Below the pieces are notes generated by a model that saw only the letters and a list, made by a program, of their open reading frames with translations, had not been told where the DNA came from and made no database searches. The position numbers and the translations under genes are program-made. From Desulfovibrio sp. (GTDB lineage Bacteria > Desulfobacterota > Desulfovibrionia > Desulfovibrionales > Desulfovibrionaceae), in assembly GCA_024683955.1 (NCBI GenBank), contig JAIKXS010000042.1:5681-69680 (forward strand): 64,000 nt of DNA, given 5' to 3'. Shown in pieces: positions 27,413-36,441 of the stretch (within the stretch, counting starts at the first letter, position 1; each line of letters begins with the position of its first letter).

Positions 27413-28615
27413 ATGCAGGCTGTTGAAATAAAAAAAGATATATACTGGGTCGGTGCCGTTGACTACGACCACAGGGATTTCCATGGCTATTCCACGTCCC
27501 CTGAGGGAACAACCTATAACGCCTACGTACTCAAGGACGAAAAAAACGTCCTTTTTGATACTGTGGCTGGCGAATGCGCAAAAACTCTGCTCTGCCGCCT
27601 CGCGAAGGTGCTTGAGCCAGAGAAAATTGACTATATTGTCTGCAACCACATGGAGCTCGACCATCAGGGCGCTCTTCAGGAAATAGTTGCGCGCACAAAG
27701 CCAGAAAAGATTTTTGTGTCCCAGACGGGGATGAAATCCATGGCCGGCTATTATCCAAACACGGACTGGCCCGTCGTTCCCGTCAAAAGCGGAGATAAAA
27801 TCTCCGTCGGCAAACATACGATCGTCTTTCAGGAAACCCGCATGCTCCACTGGCCAGACAGTATGGTTTCCTATATTCCCGAAGAAAAACTTCTGATTTC
27901 CAACGACATCTTTGGCCAAAATATCGCCTCAAGTGCCCGCTTCGCCGATGAATACACCCAAAAGGAAGACTACGAGCACCGTATAAAGGAATACTACTAC
28001 AATATCGTTCTGCCCTATTCTCCCATGGTTCTGAAAACACTACCCGTCGTGGAATCCCTTGACATCGACATGGTAGCTCCCGACCATGGCCTCATACTGC
28101 GTGGCGAGGAGGTGGGACGCATGGTGCAGCGCTACCGCACCATGGCCGAACAGAAACCGCAACGACGGGCGCTCATCTTCTACGATACCATGTGGCACTC
28201 GACAGAACGTATGGCTTACGCCGTTGCAAGCGGGCTTGAGGAATGTCAGGTTCCTACCCGGATCATGTCGGTCAAACAAAATCACCACAGCGCCGTCATG
28301 ACCGAGCTTGCTGACTGCGGAGCAGTGCTCTGCGGTTCGCCAACCCACAACAATACCATCCTTCCCCTAGTCAGCGCCCAGCTGACCTACATGAAGGGGC
28401 TCAAACCTCTCAACAGAATCGGCGGAGCGTTCGGGTCCTACGGATGGTCCGGTGAATCTCCAAAATACCTCCAAGAGGCCCTGAAGGCCATGAAAATGCA
28501 ACTCCCCTGCGAGCCAGTAAAATGTGCATGGCGTCCCTCGAAGGACGACCTCAAGGCCTGCCACGCACTCGGTGTCGGCGTTGCCAAGGCTCTCATCGAG
28601 GCGTGTAACGGCTAG
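27413..28615 (+). CDS. roo: Rubredoxin:oxygen oxidoreductase (flavodiiron protein)
   Basis: 400 aa with an N-terminal metallo-beta-lactamase-like diiron domain (HxExDH: NHMELDHQG) and a C-terminal flavodoxin domain. AAGGA RBS. Confidence 0.95.
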   Translation: MQAVEIKKDIYWVGAVDYDHRDFHGYSTSPEGTTYNAYVLKDEKNVLFDTVAGECAKTLLCRLAKVLEPEKIDYIVCNHMELDHQGALQEIVARTKPEKIFVSQTGMKSMAGYYPNTDWPVVPVKSGDKISVGKHTIVFQETRMLHWPDSMVSYIPEEKLLISNDIFGQNIASSARFADEYTQKEDYEHRIKEYYYNIVLPYSPMVLKTLPVVESLDIDMVAPDHGLILRGEEVGRMVQRYRTMAEQKPQRRALIFYDTMWHSTERMAYAVASGLEECQVPTRIMSVKQNHHSAVMTELADCGAVLCGSPTHNNTILPLVSAQLTYMKGLKPLNRIGGAFGSYGWSGESPKYLQEALKAMKMQLPCEPVKCAWRPSKDDLKACHALGVGVAKALIEACNG

Positions 28616-28622
28616 CTGATTG

Positions 28623-28934
28623 CTACCATAACGGACAGGGGGGGACTTCGGTTGACGATCTCTTTCTGAAGGGAGAAAAACGGGCTTCCTCCAGTGAAGG
28701 ACGTTCGAGGATAAGTTTGCGGTCATCAGGACGAGTGTCCTTTTTGGCCGCAACGGCATCCTCCCTCCCGCGTCTGCCCCGAGTGCCCTCCTTCTTTGTG
28801 TTCGCCGCGTCCGTTTTCTGGCTGACCGTAATCCAGTCTTCTCCTGCGGAGGGGCTGGCGAAAGCCGGAGAGGAATAAGAAAAGAACAAAGACGAAGCAA
28901 AAGAAAGGACGAATGCTAAAATTTTTGTGCGCAT
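28623..28934 (-). CDS. Small secreted hypothetical protein
   Basis: Trimmed to MRTKILAFVLSFASSLFFSYSSPAFA (signal-peptide-like), followed by a charged low-complexity tail. Coding status is uncertain. Confidence 0.35.
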   Translation of the reverse strand: MRTKILAFVLSFASSLFFSYSSPAFASPSAGEDWITVSQKTDAANTKKEGTRGRRGREDAVAAKKDTRPDDRKLILERPSLEEARFSPFRKRSSTEVPPCPLW

Positions 28935-29644
28935 ACAAGGATCCTTCAGGTCGGTAAGTTGCATGTGAAGGGCACTCAAAACCGGATGGAGCAAAGAAGG
29001 CGGTCAGGCGGGGAGGAAAATGAACCCCTGCAAAAAATGCCCAATGCTTGCAAACTCCATTGTTTTATGGCAGTATTTAATCATCCTTTGATAAGAAGAT
29101 ATCCCCCTCGAAGGGCTTGCCATGAAAGCAGGCCTGGTACGGGGAAAACACCTTGTGTGTAACTCACATAGTCTCAGGATGAATCGTTGTCTGTCAAGAC
29201 AGAACAGTTCTATGACGCCAGTCAAGCCAGTGGAAGAACAGACTTTAGCTGTTTTGAGTCAACATTTCAACACACAATGCTCCTTGCTTTTTTAGTTTTT
29301 GTGCTCTAAATGAATCCTTTATACCCACGAGCGCAAAGATTTTAGAGTGATTGGAAATCCTTCTGGGTGCCGTTCGTAATCTCCACAACAGGAGATGAAC
29401 AGCCGTCCATCAGAGAAATTTTCCTGGAGTATGAACATCCCTTCGACCATTCAAGGGGACTTTCACTCATATTTGGTAAGAGGAATTGCCGAGTAATCGG
29501 CCCGCCACAGGTCTTTCGAACGTCGAACCTCACGTGGTGGTAGTCACAGACGTCAACAAAAATATTTGAAACAGCGGCTCCCCCATTTTTCTTCCGGGGT
29601 TTTTCACGCTGATTTCGTACGTAAACTGTCCAAGGAGGACGCGC

Positions 29645-29962
29645 ATGGCAGAGATCACCTTTAAAGGAAAAAGTTTCGAAGTCGATGAAGACGGGTTCCT
29701 GTTGCGCTTTGACGACTGGTGCCCTGAATGGCTTGAGTATGTAAAAGATTCAGAAGGTATTGCCGAGCTTACTCCTGACCATCAAAAAATCCTTGATTTT
29801 CTGCAGGATTACTACAAAAAGAACGGCATTGCCCCCATGGTTCGTATTCTTTCCAAGAATACCGGCTACAAATTGAAAGAAGTTTACGAGCTCTTCCCCT
29901 CCGGCCCTGGCAAGGGAGCCTGCAAAATGGCTGGTCTTCCCAAGCCCACAGGCTGTGTATAG
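29645..29962 (+). CDS. dsrC: Dissimilatory sulfite reductase subunit DsrC (TusE/DsrC family)
   Basis: 105 aa. The C-terminal arm ..GKGACKMAGLPKPTGCV carries both conserved cysteines that distinguish DsrC from TusE. AAGGAGG RBS. Confidence 0.95.
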   Translation: MAEITFKGKSFEVDEDGFLLRFDDWCPEWLEYVKDSEGIAELTPDHQKILDFLQDYYKKNGIAPMVRILSKNTGYKLKEVYELFPSGPGKGACKMAGLPKPTGCV

Positions 29963-29986
29963 ACCTCGCTCTTATTTTTCAAAAAA

Positions 29987-30017
29987 GGCGGAAAAGCTAT
30001 GCTTTTCCGCCTTTTTT
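29987..30017 (+). terminator. Intrinsic terminator after dsrC
   Basis: 11-bp stem GGCGGAAAAGC / GCTTTTCCGCC, loop TAT, then T6. An A-run upstream makes it potentially bidirectional. Confidence 0.9.
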
Positions 30018-30115
30018 GACATCCACTTCTCCAGCCGGCGCCTCTGCCAGAGTGTTGACCCCCAAAAAGCCCTCTCCTATAATACCAAAAAGTATTCAGG
30101 AGAATACGACACCCT

Positions 30116-32629
30116 ATGAGTGATCTAAACAAACTGGACAAATTAAGTCTCGATCCGGAACCAAAAGAAGAAAAGAAGGAAGAGAAACCCACACCAAAAC
30201 GCCACCCATTTCTCTCGTTCATCGGCAAGACCATTGGTTTTCTCCTTATTCTTATCTTACTGGCCATCCTTGGCGCCGGGACCTGCGCGGGACTACTCCT
30301 CTACTGGGCCTCACGCGACCTTCCTAACATCAAGCGAGTTGCCGACTACAGGCCTCCCCAGGCAACAACCGTTCTCGACCAGTCCGGCAATGTCATCGGA
30401 ACGTTTGCCCACGAACGCCGGTACGTCATCCCCATCAAGGATATGAGCAAATACCTCCCGATGGCCTTTCTGGCCTCGGAGGACGATGCCTTTTACAGCC
30501 ACCTCGGTGTCGACCCGATGGCAATAGCCAGGGCGGCCATTAACAACTTCCGCAAGGGCCATACGGGTGAAGGGGGGAGCACCATCACCCAGCAGCTGAT
30601 AAAACAGCTTCTCCTCACCTCGGAGCGCAGTTACACACGTAAAATGAAAGAGGCCATTCTTGCCTATCAGCTGGAAAAGAACCTCTCAAAAGACGATATT
30701 CTTACCATCTATTTAAATCATATTTATCTCGGGGAACACTCCTACGGTGTCGAAGCCGCAGCCAGAACATATTTCGGAAAACACGCCAGTGACATCACCC
30801 TTGCCGAAAGCGCCGTGATAGCCGGACTCCCCAAGGCCCCCTCAAGCTACAATCCCTTCCGCCATCCGGAGGCGGCAAAAACAAGACAGCGCTACGTCCT
30901 CGGCCGTATGCGTGATCTTCGCTGGATTTCCGAAAATGAATATCAGAAGGCCATCTCCGAACCCCTTGTGTACTGGAGCATGCCGGAACGGCAGGATGGC
31001 GCTGCCAGCTGGTATCTTGAAGAAGTACGCCGCATGCTTATCGAATTCTTCACGGAGGATAATCTCAGGGCACTTGGTGTTGATACGAGAAAATACGGCG
31101 AGGACTATGTCTATGAGGCGGGCCTCACCGTCTACACGCGCATGAATCCGACCCATCAGGAAGCGGCTAGCAAAGCCGTTCGCAAGGGGCTTGAAGCCGT
31201 TGACAAACGCCAGGGATGGCGAGGTCCCATTGCACGGCTTACGAAGGTCCAGCAGGAGGAATTCCTCACAAAACACGCCTTTTCCCCCATTGACCTGGCG
31301 GGAGGAGCGTGGACCAAGGCCCTTGTGACCGCGGTCCAGGCAAAACAGGTCCAGGTGAACCTTGGGCAGGGCTATATCGGTACCATTCCGGTCTCACAGA
31401 TGAGCTGGGCCAGAAAACCGAATCCGCGCGTCTCGGGATTCGGCGGAAGCTTTATCTCAGACTGTCGCAGGGTGCTCTCTGTCGGAGACCTTATCTACGT
31501 CAATATTCGGAAAGCAACTGAGAAAAACGACAAGAAGGAGAAGGGCCCTGCGGCCTTTGATCCTCAGACCATGCGGAAGGGACAAGCCGTTCAGCTCACC
31601 CTTCAGCAGGAACCCCTCGTGCAGGGGGCCCTCGTTTCCATCGAGCCGCGTAGCGGCGACGTCGTGGCACTTATTGGCGGCTATCAGTACGGAAATACCC
31701 AGTTTAACAGAGCAACTCAGGCCCGCCGTCAGCCCGGTTCAAGTTTCAAGCCCATTGTCTACTCAACTGCCCTCGACAATGGGTTCACCCCCTTTTCCGT
31801 CGTTCTTGACGGTCCGTTTGTTTATGTAAATCCCTACACACGTGAGGTATGGCGTCCCAATAACAGTGAGCACAATTACAAGGGCGAAATACCTCTTTAT
31901 CTCGCCCTGGCTCTCTCACGCAACACATGTGCCGTCCGGGTAGCACAGCAGATCGGCATTGAAAACGTCATAGAACGGGCGAAACTGCTTGGCCTTGAGC
32001 CTAATTTCCCCAAGGAGCTTGCCGTAAGCCTCGGAGCAGTCGGGGTCACTCCCCTCAATATGACACAGGCCTACGCGGCTTTTGCCAATCAGGGTCTCGG
32101 AGTCCGCCCACGAATGGTTTCTCTCATCAAGGACAGTGAGGGAAAAGAGCTCTACAAGCAGGAAGTTGAACACTGGCAGGCCATAAGCCCCCAAAACGCC
32201 TTTATCATGGACACAATGCTGAAAAACGCAGTCAATACGGGAACCGGCCGGCGCGCGCGCATCGAAGGACGCTTCATCGGCGGAAAGACAGGAACATCAA
32301 ATCAGGCGAGAGATGCGTGGTTCATCGGCTTTTCGCCGTATCTTGTTACCGGCGTCTACGTGGGCTATGATAAGGTTCAGCCGCTTGGTCGCACAGAGCA
32401 GGGAGGACGTACAGCCGCGCCCATATTCAAGGACTATCGGGATCAGGTGGAGGACCTCTATCCGGTAGAGGATTTCCTAAAGCCTGACAATGTCACCCTT
32501 TCGGGAAATTTCGCCTATCAAAGCGACATGCCATATGAAGGATCACGAGCGACAAGCGGCACCTTAAGCGAGGAGGTTCCCGTGAGTCCTTCAGACAGCG
32601 GTGAGGATCTGATGCGACAGATGTTTTGA
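30116..32629 (+). CDS. mrcA: Penicillin-binding protein 1A (bifunctional glycosyltransferase/transpeptidase)
   Basis: 837 aa with an N-terminal TM anchor, GT51 motifs (EDDAFYSHLGVD, GGSTITQQL), and the transpeptidase motifs SSFKP, SRN and KTGT. Confidence 0.95.
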   Translation: MSDLNKLDKLSLDPEPKEEKKEEKPTPKRHPFLSFIGKTIGFLLILILLAILGAGTCAGLLLYWASRDLPNIKRVADYRPPQATTVLDQSGNVIGTFAHERRYVIPIKDMSKYLPMAFLASEDDAFYSHLGVDPMAIARAAINNFRKGHTGEGGSTITQQLIKQLLLTSERSYTRKMKEAILAYQLEKNLSKDDILTIYLNHIYLGEHSYGVEAAARTYFGKHASDITLAESAVIAGLPKAPSSYNPFRHPEAAKTRQRYVLGRMRDLRWISENEYQKAISEPLVYWSMPERQDGAASWYLEEVRRMLIEFFTEDNLRALGVDTRKYGEDYVYEAGLTVYTRMNPTHQEAASKAVRKGLEAVDKRQGWRGPIARLTKVQQEEFLTKHAFSPIDLAGGAWTKALVTAVQAKQVQVNLGQGYIGTIPVSQMSWARKPNPRVSGFGGSFISDCRRVLSVGDLIYVNIRKATEKNDKKEKGPAAFDPQTMRKGQAVQLTLQQEPLVQGALVSIEPRSGDVVALIGGYQYGNTQFNRATQARRQPGSSFKPIVYSTALDNGFTPFSVVLDGPFVYVNPYTREVWRPNNSEHNYKGEIPLYLALALSRNTCAVRVAQQIGIENVIERAKLLGLEPNFPKELAVSLGAVGVTPLNMTQAYAAFANQGLGVRPRMVSLIKDSEGKELYKQEVEHWQAISPQNAFIMDTMLKNAVNTGTGRRARIEGRFIGGKTGTSNQARDAWFIGFSPYLVTGVYVGYDKVQPLGRTEQGGRTAAPIFKDYRDQVEDLYPVEDFLKPDNVTLSGNFAYQSDMPYEGSRATSGTLSEEVPVSPSDSGEDLMRQMF

Positions 32630-32721
32630 GGACACGACAGCACAAATATCAACCCGAATTATGATACGACCGGGGGCAGTGTTTCTCCGGACCCAAAATT
32701 GTGGCACGCTGAGGTAAGCTG

Positions 32722-33609
32722 ATGATAGACTGGGGTTCACTCTATGTACTGATGACGCCCAAGGGCCGACGTTACATCCGGCACCTTAAAGAGGGAGAAG
32801 ACTGGCAGAGCACAGACGGCATTCTCTCAGCCGACGCCATCCATAGCAGCGATTTTGGATCCATTCTGCACACACATGTCGGGACACCCATCCTGCTGCA
32901 GGAGGCAACGCTGGCCGATCGTCTCAAGGGTCTCAAACGCCAGACACAGATCATCTACGACAAGGACATTGCGGCCATTTGCCTCACATTGGGGGCAGGA
33001 CCTGGGCGCACCATTGTTGAAGCGGGGTGCGGGTCAGGCGGTCTCACTACCGCACTTTCCTTTTTCTGTGGTCCCACAGGCCGAGTCATAAGTCACGACG
33101 CGAGGGAAGAGTTTGTGGCCCTTGCACGAAGAAATCTGACATGGGCAGGTCTCGGAGAAAACGTTACAATCCACCACCACGATGTGGGAGAAGGATTTCT
33201 CGCTGAGAATGCCGATGCTCTCTTCCTTGATGTGCGTACCCCGTGGACCTATCTTGACCACGCCATCAACGCCACAAAAAACGGCGCAACGTTTGGATTT
33301 CTTCTGCCAACCGTTGATCAGGTGCGCCAACTTCTCCTCGCCATGGAGACACGTCCGTTTGCGAATATCGAGATATACGAACTTTTGAAGCGCGGATGGA
33401 AACCAGTGGCAGATCGGCTGCGCCCCATGGACCGCATGACGGCGCATACAGGCTTCCTCATCTTCGCACGGAAGCAGGAAATAAGTGAAGAGTTTCTTTC
33501 GTGGCTTCCGAAGGGAACACGGGAACGGAAGCAGGAAAGCGCCCGTCGGGAACGACTCGGTCTTGAGGACGCTGGAGATTCGGAAAGAACCAGCGGGGAA
33601 AAGGAGTGA
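32722..33609 (+). CDS. trmI: tRNA (adenine-N1)-methyltransferase (TrmI/GCD14 family)
   Basis: 295 aa. SAM-binding motif VEAGCGSGGLT and the GCD14-type organisation. Confidence 0.8.
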   Translation: MIDWGSLYVLMTPKGRRYIRHLKEGEDWQSTDGILSADAIHSSDFGSILHTHVGTPILLQEATLADRLKGLKRQTQIIYDKDIAAICLTLGAGPGRTIVEAGCGSGGLTTALSFFCGPTGRVISHDAREEFVALARRNLTWAGLGENVTIHHHDVGEGFLAENADALFLDVRTPWTYLDHAINATKNGATFGFLLPTVDQVRQLLLAMETRPFANIEIYELLKRGWKPVADRLRPMDRMTAHTGFLIFARKQEISEEFLSWLPKGTRERKQESARRERLGLEDAGDSERTSGEKE

Positions 33610-33612
33610 AAC

Positions 33613-33867
33613 ATGTCGTTTTTTGACACACTGCGATATAAATTCTTCGATCAAAAAAACATAAAGCGTCTTGCCATTGAGGGAATGCACTGCGCCCATT
33701 GCAAAAAGCGGATCGAGACCATAGCGAGTGAAACGCCGGGCATTTGCTGGGCTGAAGTTGATCTGGCAGCTGGTATTCTTCGTTATGCGGAAAAAGGAAC
33801 AGTTGATCTTGAATCCTTAAAACGAGCCGTAACGGAAGCCGGGTTTTCACCCCGCGACCCGGCCTGA
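33613..33867 (+). CDS. Heavy-metal-associated (HMA) domain protein, CopZ-like
   Basis: 84 aa with the GMHCAHC metal-binding motif in a ferredoxin-like fold. Confidence 0.8.
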   Translation: MSFFDTLRYKFFDQKNIKRLAIEGMHCAHCKKRIETIASETPGICWAEVDLAAGILRYAEKGTVDLESLKRAVTEAGFSPRDPA

Positions 33868-33879
33868 TTCCGCACCAAA

Positions 33880-34416
33880 ATGCCTGCCCGCGCTGTCTTC
33901 CTCGATAGGGACGGCACGCTCAATCAGGACAGAGGATATGTCCACTCAAGAGAATCCTTTGTCTGGTTGCCACATGTTTTCCCTGCCCTCTCTCTCCTTG
34001 CTTCTCAGCACTTTATTCTTGTCGTTGTAAGCAATCAGTCCGGTATCGCACGGGGTTTTTACACAATGAATGAGGTAAAGACCCTTGAGGACGCACTTAC
34101 GAAGGAGCTTACCAGCCAAGGGATCCCTATACACGGCTGGTATTACTGTCCGCACCACCCCGACGTCACGGGTCCCTGTTCCTGCAGAAAGCCCGCCCCT
34201 GGTCTTCTGCGCAACGCCGCAGCAGATCTGAACATTGATCTTGGAGAGTCTTGGATGGTTGGAGACAAGCTCTCCGATGTCAGGGCTGGACAAAATGCGG
34301 GTTGTCACGTGCTTAAAATGAAGGGGACGCCGGATGAGGACATTGTTTGCGTCGACGAAGGCATCCCCGTCTGCAGGGATCTTCTTCAGGCGGCGCAGAT
34401 CATTACAAGGTTTTAG
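33880..34416 (+). CDS. gmhB: D-glycero-beta-D-manno-heptose-1,7-bisphosphate 7-phosphatase
   Basis: 178 aa. HAD motif FLDRDGTLN and the Zn-binding CPHHP....C.CRKP segment typical of GmhB. Confidence 0.9.
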   Translation: MPARAVFLDRDGTLNQDRGYVHSRESFVWLPHVFPALSLLASQHFILVVVSNQSGIARGFYTMNEVKTLEDALTKELTSQGIPIHGWYYCPHHPDVTGPCSCRKPAPGLLRNAAADLNIDLGESWMVGDKLSDVRAGQNAGCHVLKMKGTPDEDIVCVDEGIPVCRDLLQAAQIITRF

Positions 34417-34435
34417 GTTCTCAGGAACGGCAGGT

Positions 34436-34475
34436 GAAAAAAAAGACCATTCAGAAAAACTTGTTTCTGAATGGT
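34436..34475 (-). terminator. Intrinsic terminator of the small two-gene cassette
   Basis: 12-bp stem ACCATTCAGAAA / TTTCTGAATGGT (34447-34458 / 34464-34475). On the minus strand it is followed by CTTTTTTTT. Confidence 0.7.
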
Positions 34476-34591
34476 AATGACGAATTCCTGCGACAGGGCC
34501 ATCTGCCCTGCCGAATCCGGCGCACACGAGGAACGCGGATACGAAGGGGATCAGCCTCAGAAGAAACTTTTTCCGGGCAGGGTCACAGAGC

Positions 34592-34891
34592 CTATTGCGG
34601 TTCCCCGATCCACCCTTCAAGGGCTTCGACGATCTTCCGCGCCTGGTCGGCGCTGGAGATCACAAATTTCGATTTCTGCCGATATTCGCCACCCGATTTC
34701 TGGTAACGACGAATAACATATTTATCTGGACCAAAATCACCCGACTGCGGACGCCACTCCTGAAAACGGAACAGCACGGTAGCCCATGCTCCCTTGCTAA
34801 GAACGCATTTATCAAGCTCTTTAACAAGAAGCTGACCGTTTTCCTCATACTCCACAGTCAGATCTTCGACACGCTCGTTCACGTCTTCCAC
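34592..34891 (-). CDS. Hypothetical protein (99 aa)
   Basis: Clean ORF with protein-like composition. It starts 6 nt after the upstream 77-aa ORF stop and has its own terminator downstream. No family recognised. Confidence 0.6.
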   Translation of the reverse strand: MEDVNERVEDLTVEYEENGQLLVKELDKCVLSKGAWATVLFRFQEWRPQSGDFGPDKYVIRRYQKSGGEYRQKSKFVISSADQARKIVEALEGWIGEPQ

Positions 34892-34897
34892 GCTCCC

Positions 34898-35131
34898 CTA
34901 GCCGGCATAATCGGCTAGAATACCCTTCGTGCTCTCAGGAAGATCCAAAGGATGGACTTCAAACGTCTCCATCGTCGGCCCGAACTTGCCGCTTTCCGTG
35001 TAGGCCGCGGTGGATACCGCCATAATGCGCTCTGGACTATTCAGCTCCAGCCCGTGAGCCATCTTGGTTCCTAAGTCGTGCAGAAGAAGATCACTACCCT
35101 TAACGCTGGGAACAGTAAGATTATTTTCCAT
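34898..35131 (-). CDS. Hypothetical protein (77 aa)
   Basis: Clean ORF with a G-rich RBS (GAGGGGGGAA) upstream. No family recognised. Confidence 0.5.
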   Translation of the reverse strand: MENNLTVPSVKGSDLLLHDLGTKMAHGLELNSPERIMAVSTAAYTESGKFGPTMETFEVHPLDLPESTKGILADYAG

Positions 35132-35215
35132 AGTTCATTCCCCCCTCGCCCTGAACCTACCTTTTCTTCCCTTCCTTGACAAGTTTTCACGCCGAAGAAA
35201 GCACGGAAAAGGACG

Positions 35216-35659
35216 TCACTCATTTTCTCTGCGCCCGACGAAAAACTCCTTAAGTATTGTCTGACAGGAGTCCGCGAGCACACCCCCCATGTGCCAGGGC
35301 GCACTGGCAGGGGCACAGGGGGGATCAAAATATTCGGCGGCAGAAGATACCGCACCGCACAGACGGTCATAGGCTCCAAAAACAAGTCCCGAGAGCCTTG
35401 CCTGGAGAATGGCTGAGGCGCACATTGCACACGGTTCCAGGGTGACAACCATGATACGGCCAGGAAGGCGGTAGTTGGCAAGACGCCTGCACGCCATTCG
35501 CAGCGCATTGATTTCCGCGTGCGCAGTCGTGTCGCAGTCTGTCCTGGGGGTGTTGTGTCCACGGCCCAAGATCTGCCCTGAAACGTCAACCAGTACGGCC
35601 CCCACCGGAACCTCAAAAGAATCAAAGGCCTTTTGGGCCTCCTGTAGGGCTAGTTCCAT
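35216..35659 (-). CDS. tadA: tRNA adenosine(34) deaminase TadA
   Basis: HAEINALRMA and PCAMCA zinc-ligand motifs. The start is uncertain: ATG 35659 (MELALQEA) is used here, while the ORF-track ATG at 35782 would overlap the upstream gene by 53 nt. Confidence 0.85.
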   Translation of the reverse strand: MELALQEAQKAFDSFEVPVGAVLVDVSGQILGRGHNTPRTDCDTTAHAEINALRMACRRLANYRLPGRIMVVTLEPCAMCASAILQARLSGLVFGAYDRLCGAVSSAAEYFDPPCAPASAPWHMGGVLADSCQTILKEFFVGRRENE

Positions 35660-35729
35660 AAGTCCTTCCCACGTCCAGCCAGACGGCGGACACGGAAGAG
35701 GCCCATGGGCTTCAAAGGATCTGAAACGC

Positions 35730-36398
35730 CTAGAGAATAATGCGCTTGCAGATGTTGTCACGCACTTCCTCGGGAGTATCACAAAAAGAAATCAGCCGGT
35801 CCACTTCATCATTTTCTATGTAGCCGCCGGCAACCATGGAGTCCTTAAGCCATTGGACATAGCCCTTCCAGTAGTTGCTGTCAAAAAGAATAATGGGAAA
35901 TGGACGGATCCGTTTGGTCTGGGCAAGCACGAAAGCCTCGGCAAGCTCGTCTACCGTACCCATGCCTCCTGGCATAACGACATAGGCCATCGAGTACTTC
36001 ACAAACATGAACTTGCGCAAAAAGAAATAACGGAAATTACAGCGGGTACGCACATATTCATTGCAACCCTGCTCATGAGGAAGAAAAATATGCAGTCCGA
36101 CCGATTCCGTCCCGGCATCGCAGGCCCCCTTGTTGGCCGCCTCCATAATCCCTGGTCCGCCGCCCGTGATAATGCCAAGCCCCTCTTCCCCCAAAAGACG
36201 CGCTGTATTCTCAGCGTCGGCATAGGGTTTTGTTCCCGGCTTAACACGAGCCGACCCAAAAATGGAAACACAACTGCGGGTCAGGCTGTTGAGCGTGTCC
36301 AGGGCCTGAACCATTTCCCCCATAATCCTGATCGTACGCCAGGACTCCGTAGTGAAACTAGCGAGATCATCCACCATATTCTGCTGTTTTTCTGGCAT
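35730..36398 (-). CDS. LOG-family (TIGR00730) nucleotide phosphoribohydrolase
   Basis: Trimmed to MPEKQQN (ATG 36398, GGAG RBS). GGGPGIMEA and PGGMGTVDE motifs. Confidence 0.85.
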   Translation of the reverse strand: MPEKQQNMVDDLASFTTESWRTIRIMGEMVQALDTLNSLTRSCVSIFGSARVKPGTKPYADAENTARLLGEEGLGIITGGGPGIMEAANKGACDAGTESVGLHIFLPHEQGCNEYVRTRCNFRYFFLRKFMFVKYSMAYVVMPGGMGTVDELAEAFVLAQTKRIRPFPIILFDSNYWKGYVQWLKDSMVAGGYIENDEVDRLISFCDTPEEVRDNICKRIIL

Positions 36399-36441
36399 AA
36401 GGACTCCAATTGTATTGCACAGCAAACGGATGCTGTACATG

